A stretch of 64,000 nt of DNA from Leptonemataceae bacterium. Lineage in GTDB: Bacteria > Spirochaetota > Leptospiria > Leptospirales > Leptonemataceae. The notes under the pieces were generated by a model. The model did no database searches, had not been told where the DNA came from, and saw only the letters and a list, made by a program, of their open reading frames with translations. A program made the translations under genes and the position numbers. Shown piece after piece: positions 61,677 to 64,000 of the stretch. The DNA is taken from NCBI GenBank assembly GCA_965227295.1, contig OZ245742.1, forward strand, positions 5,792,001 through 5,856,000, given 5' to 3'. Numbering within the stretch: the stretch's first letter is position 1; each line of letters begins with the position of its first letter.

Positions 61677-61778
61677 AACTCCGAGGACCGAGGTCTCCGG
61701 GGAGGGCGCCCGTAGCCTGAACGCTTTCAGCGTGTGAAATCCCTCCCGGAACTTCTCGGCTCCTCGGTCCTCGGAGTT
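61677..61778. repeat. inverted-repeat element family B
   Basis: AACTCCGAGGACCGAGG ... CCTCGGTCCTCGGAGTT (17-bp perfect IR). Confidence 0.85.
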
Positions 61779-61789
61779 ATTTCTATTTT

Positions 61790-62293
61790 TTAACCCGCCC
61801 GGCGGAAGCGATCCAGCAGTCGACCGGGATGTTCGATGGTTTCGTCCACGGACTTCTCGAAGTCCTCGAATCCCTTGCGATGCTTCTGTAAGATGTAAAA
61901 CGCCAGCGGAAAGATCAGCATGAGGTTCAGCAAACCGTAGGCCGCGAAAACCACCGGCAACCAGTTCGGATGCACGTCCACGCTCTGCACCAGGTAGTGA
62001 AAGAACAACGGCGACAGCGCCGCGGAGACACAGGCCAGGGCCAGATGCCAGGCGCCGTACGCCGGACGAAAGAGCCGATCAAAGACCATCTCGCGCAAAC
62101 GCAGGGGGACGGCGGAGCGCGGGAGGTCGGCGGCACCGGCGGCGATGCTGCGGGCCACCCGGGCCTCGCTGCGGCCGCGCTGTGTGCCCAGGAAGGCGCG
62201 GGCCTCCGCGCTCAGTTCGTCCGGATTGACACCGTCGGCCCCGGTTTTTTCGTACAGCTCCTGCAGGGCTGATTGATTCGTTTCGTTCTTCAT
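61790..62293 (-). CDS. putative membrane anti-sigma factor
   Basis: ATGA-coupled to the ECF sigma gene; two TM helices. Confidence 0.6.
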   Translation of the reverse strand: MKNETNQSALQELYEKTGADGVNPDELSAEARAFLGTQRGRSEARVARSIAAGAADLPRSAVPLRLREMVFDRLFRPAYGAWHLALACVSAALSPLFFHYLVQSVDVHPNWLPVVFAAYGLLNLMLIFPLAFYILQKHRKGFEDFEKSVDETIEHPGRLLDRFRRAG

Positions 62294-62829
62294 AGTTCGA
62301 CCTCCCGGCGTAACAAACGTTCGCGCAGGATCATTTTGCCGCGGTGCAAATATGATTTCAGTGTTCCTTCTTTGATCTCCAGTCGTTCCGCGATGTCTTT
62401 GTAAGGCATCTTTTCAAAGTAGTACAGTATCAACGGTACCCGGTAGACGTCCGGCAAATCGCCGAGTTCTTCCCGTACCGTTCGTTCCAGCTCCGCATCG
62501 CTCAGTTGTTCGATGGGATCGGAACCGTCGTCCGGATCCTGGACGTCGTCGATGACGAAATCCTCGCCGCCGATGTGTTCGCGCATGCGCAGGCGTTTTT
62601 CTTTTTTCAGACGATTGAGCCCCAGATTCAACGCCAGCGAGTACAGCCAGGTGGAAGCCCGGGCATCGCCGCGAAAACTGGCGAGCTTATCGTACGCCCG
62701 CAGATAGACATCCTGCGCGAAGTCCAGGGCATCCTCCTCGTTCCGAAAGAAGCGCAGGCCCAGGTTGTAAATCATGGAAGAGGTGCTTGCAAAAAGCTCT
62801 TCAAAGTCTACCTGATCTTCCTCTCCCAC
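62290..62829 (-). CDS. ECF RNA polymerase sigma factor
   Basis: DALDFAQDVYLR, STWLY; region 4 YKDIAERLEIKEGTLKSYLHRG. Confidence 0.93.
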   Translation of the reverse strand: MGEEDQVDFEELFASTSSMIYNLGLRFFRNEEDALDFAQDVYLRAYDKLASFRGDARASTWLYSLALNLGLNRLKKEKRLRMREHIGGEDFVIDDVQDPDDGSDPIEQLSDAELERTVREELGDLPDVYRVPLILYYFEKMPYKDIAERLEIKEGTLKSYLHRGKMILRERLLRREVEL

Positions 62830-62859
62830 GCTTACGCCGGCTCCCGATCCCGAGGACCG

Positions 62860-63270
62860 TCAGTTTACCTTCGCATGCGAGAAGAGATAAAACAACAGGA
62901 AACCCACGCCCGCGAACAGGGGCAGCAGTCCTCCCAGCAGGACGTAGTTCAATCCTTCCATGGCCGCAAAGAGGACCGTCATCGGCAAGCCCACGGAAAC
63001 GCTCAACAGGCCGATGAGCAGACTCACCAGGCGGATGTTCTTCGCGAACATGGGCTGGTACTGGCCGGCGCGGATCATCTCCCGCCGGAGTCGGTACTGC
63101 CATAGCAGAAAGAAGAACAACAGCACGCAGCCGAAGACCACGCCCAGCAACGGAACCAGCGCGAGCAGAATTTCCGGGGCCGTGCTTTCGCGCGGGCCGG
63201 CCTGTTCTACGAGACCGGCCAGCCGCTCCACGGCCGCCGACAATCGCTGGATTTCCAGTTCTACATCCAT
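62860..63270 (-). CDS. hypothetical membrane protein upstream of ECF sigma
   Basis: Three TM segments; GLLPLFAGVGFLLFY C-terminus (DUF6249-like as recalled). Confidence 0.7.
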   Translation of the reverse strand: MDVELEIQRLSAAVERLAGLVEQAGPRESTAPEILLALVPLLGVVFGCVLLFFFLLWQYRLRREMIRAGQYQPMFAKNIRLVSLLIGLLSVSVGLPMTVLFAAMEGLNYVLLGGLLPLFAGVGFLLFYLFSHAKVN

Positions 63271-63357
63271 TCGCTCAGTATGAACACGGGCGGCCTCGAA
63301 GAGTTGCAAAAAATCGCCGCCGACCCGAATATAAAGGGAGAATATCTAATGGCATTT

Positions 63358-63490
63358 GTTTGGGCGTGCCCCTCGCTGCGCTCGGGTCGGGCTGCTCCGG
63401 GCTCGCGCATTCGCGCTCGTTCCTTCGTTCGCTTCGCTCACTACGGAATTGCGCTTGCGCGCAACCCTGCGCATCCCTCACGCGAAGAGG
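63358..63490 (+). repeat. repeat family A, divergent copy
   Basis: TTGGGCGTGCCCCTCGCTGCGCTCGGGTCGGGCT...CATCCCTCACGCGAAGA. Confidence 0.85.
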
Positions 63491-63564
63491 CGCTCACTTG
63501 CATTCGCAAACCAGCACCATCATCTTTACTCTGTGTTCTCTGTGCCTCTGTGGCCAAAAGTACT

Positions 63565-64000
63565 TCAGATCACTTTCTCGATATCCATGGCATCGACCTC
63601 TGCCGACACCATTTGATTCAACAACGGCACGTGAATGCAGATACGCTGTTTATTTTTGACGCGGACCACGACGCCGCGGACGCCCTTTAGCGGACCGTAG
63701 CGCACTTCGATCTCCTGGCCGGGCGGGAAGTTTGCGTCGGGGTCGGCCTGTAGATCCAGGGCGTTTTCGACCAGGAGTTTCAGGTTCGCGACGTCCTCCT
63801 CACGCATGGGCTGGGGCAATCCTTCCAGGCGAATGAAGTCGAGAGCGCCGTTGTGTTGCAGGATCGTGCGAAAGCCGTCGAACCAGTCGAAGCGTACGAA
63901 GATGTAACCGGGAAACAGGGGGAAGTCGATCATCTTCACACGATCGGACCACTTGCGTTTTTTTGCAATCAGCGGCAGATAGAATTCCACGCCTTTCTTT
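63565..64000 (-). CDS. UpxY/RfaH-like NusG-paralog antiterminator (5' end off window)
   Basis: FYLPL..RKWSDR.K....PLFPGYIFV; KOW motif GPLKGVRG. Confidence 0.88.
   Translation of the reverse strand, partial: KKGVEFYLPLIAKKRKWSDRVKMIDFPLFPGYIFVRFDWFDGFRTILQHNGALDFIRLEGLPQPMREEDVANLKLLVENALDLQADPDANFPPGQEIEVRYGPLKGVRGVVVRVKNKQRICIHVPLLNQMVSAEVDAMDIEKVI

Overview
High-GC bacterial chromosomal window. The lipoprotein-rich gene set and the intergenic repeat style tentatively suggest a Leptospirales-type spirochaete (inference only). The core backbone includes topA (partial), dprA, rimI, murB, mazG, nadB, an S41 protease, purL, hrpB, tas, an SF1 helicase, fumC, gltB, kdsD, an ECF sigma cluster and a partial UpxY/NusG paralog. 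The strongest candidate novel system is a divergent NAD/nucleotide-centred conflict locus at about 37.9-46.9 kb. Its left arm is SLATT plus an NDT-like/ASK1-like TPR-S protein. Its right arm is a triple-TIR-fold protein, an nSTAND1 NTPase ending in a single PAS domain instead of the usual repeat sensor, DUF952 (ADP-ribosyltransferase fold) and a DUF2584-like protein, abutting a two-subunit GMC oxidoreductase. Other accessory items: an orphan DUF6519 eCIS-fibre-like protein with a GTPase; a HepT/MntA toxin-antitoxin pair; a probably frameshifted pentapeptide-repeat gene; an acyltransferase (FeeM/LuxI-like) convergent on an orphan histidine kinase; and two families of structured intergenic repeats. 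No rRNA, tRNA, CRISPR array, integrase or transposase was recognised. All domain calls are from motif recognition by eye, not from database searches.
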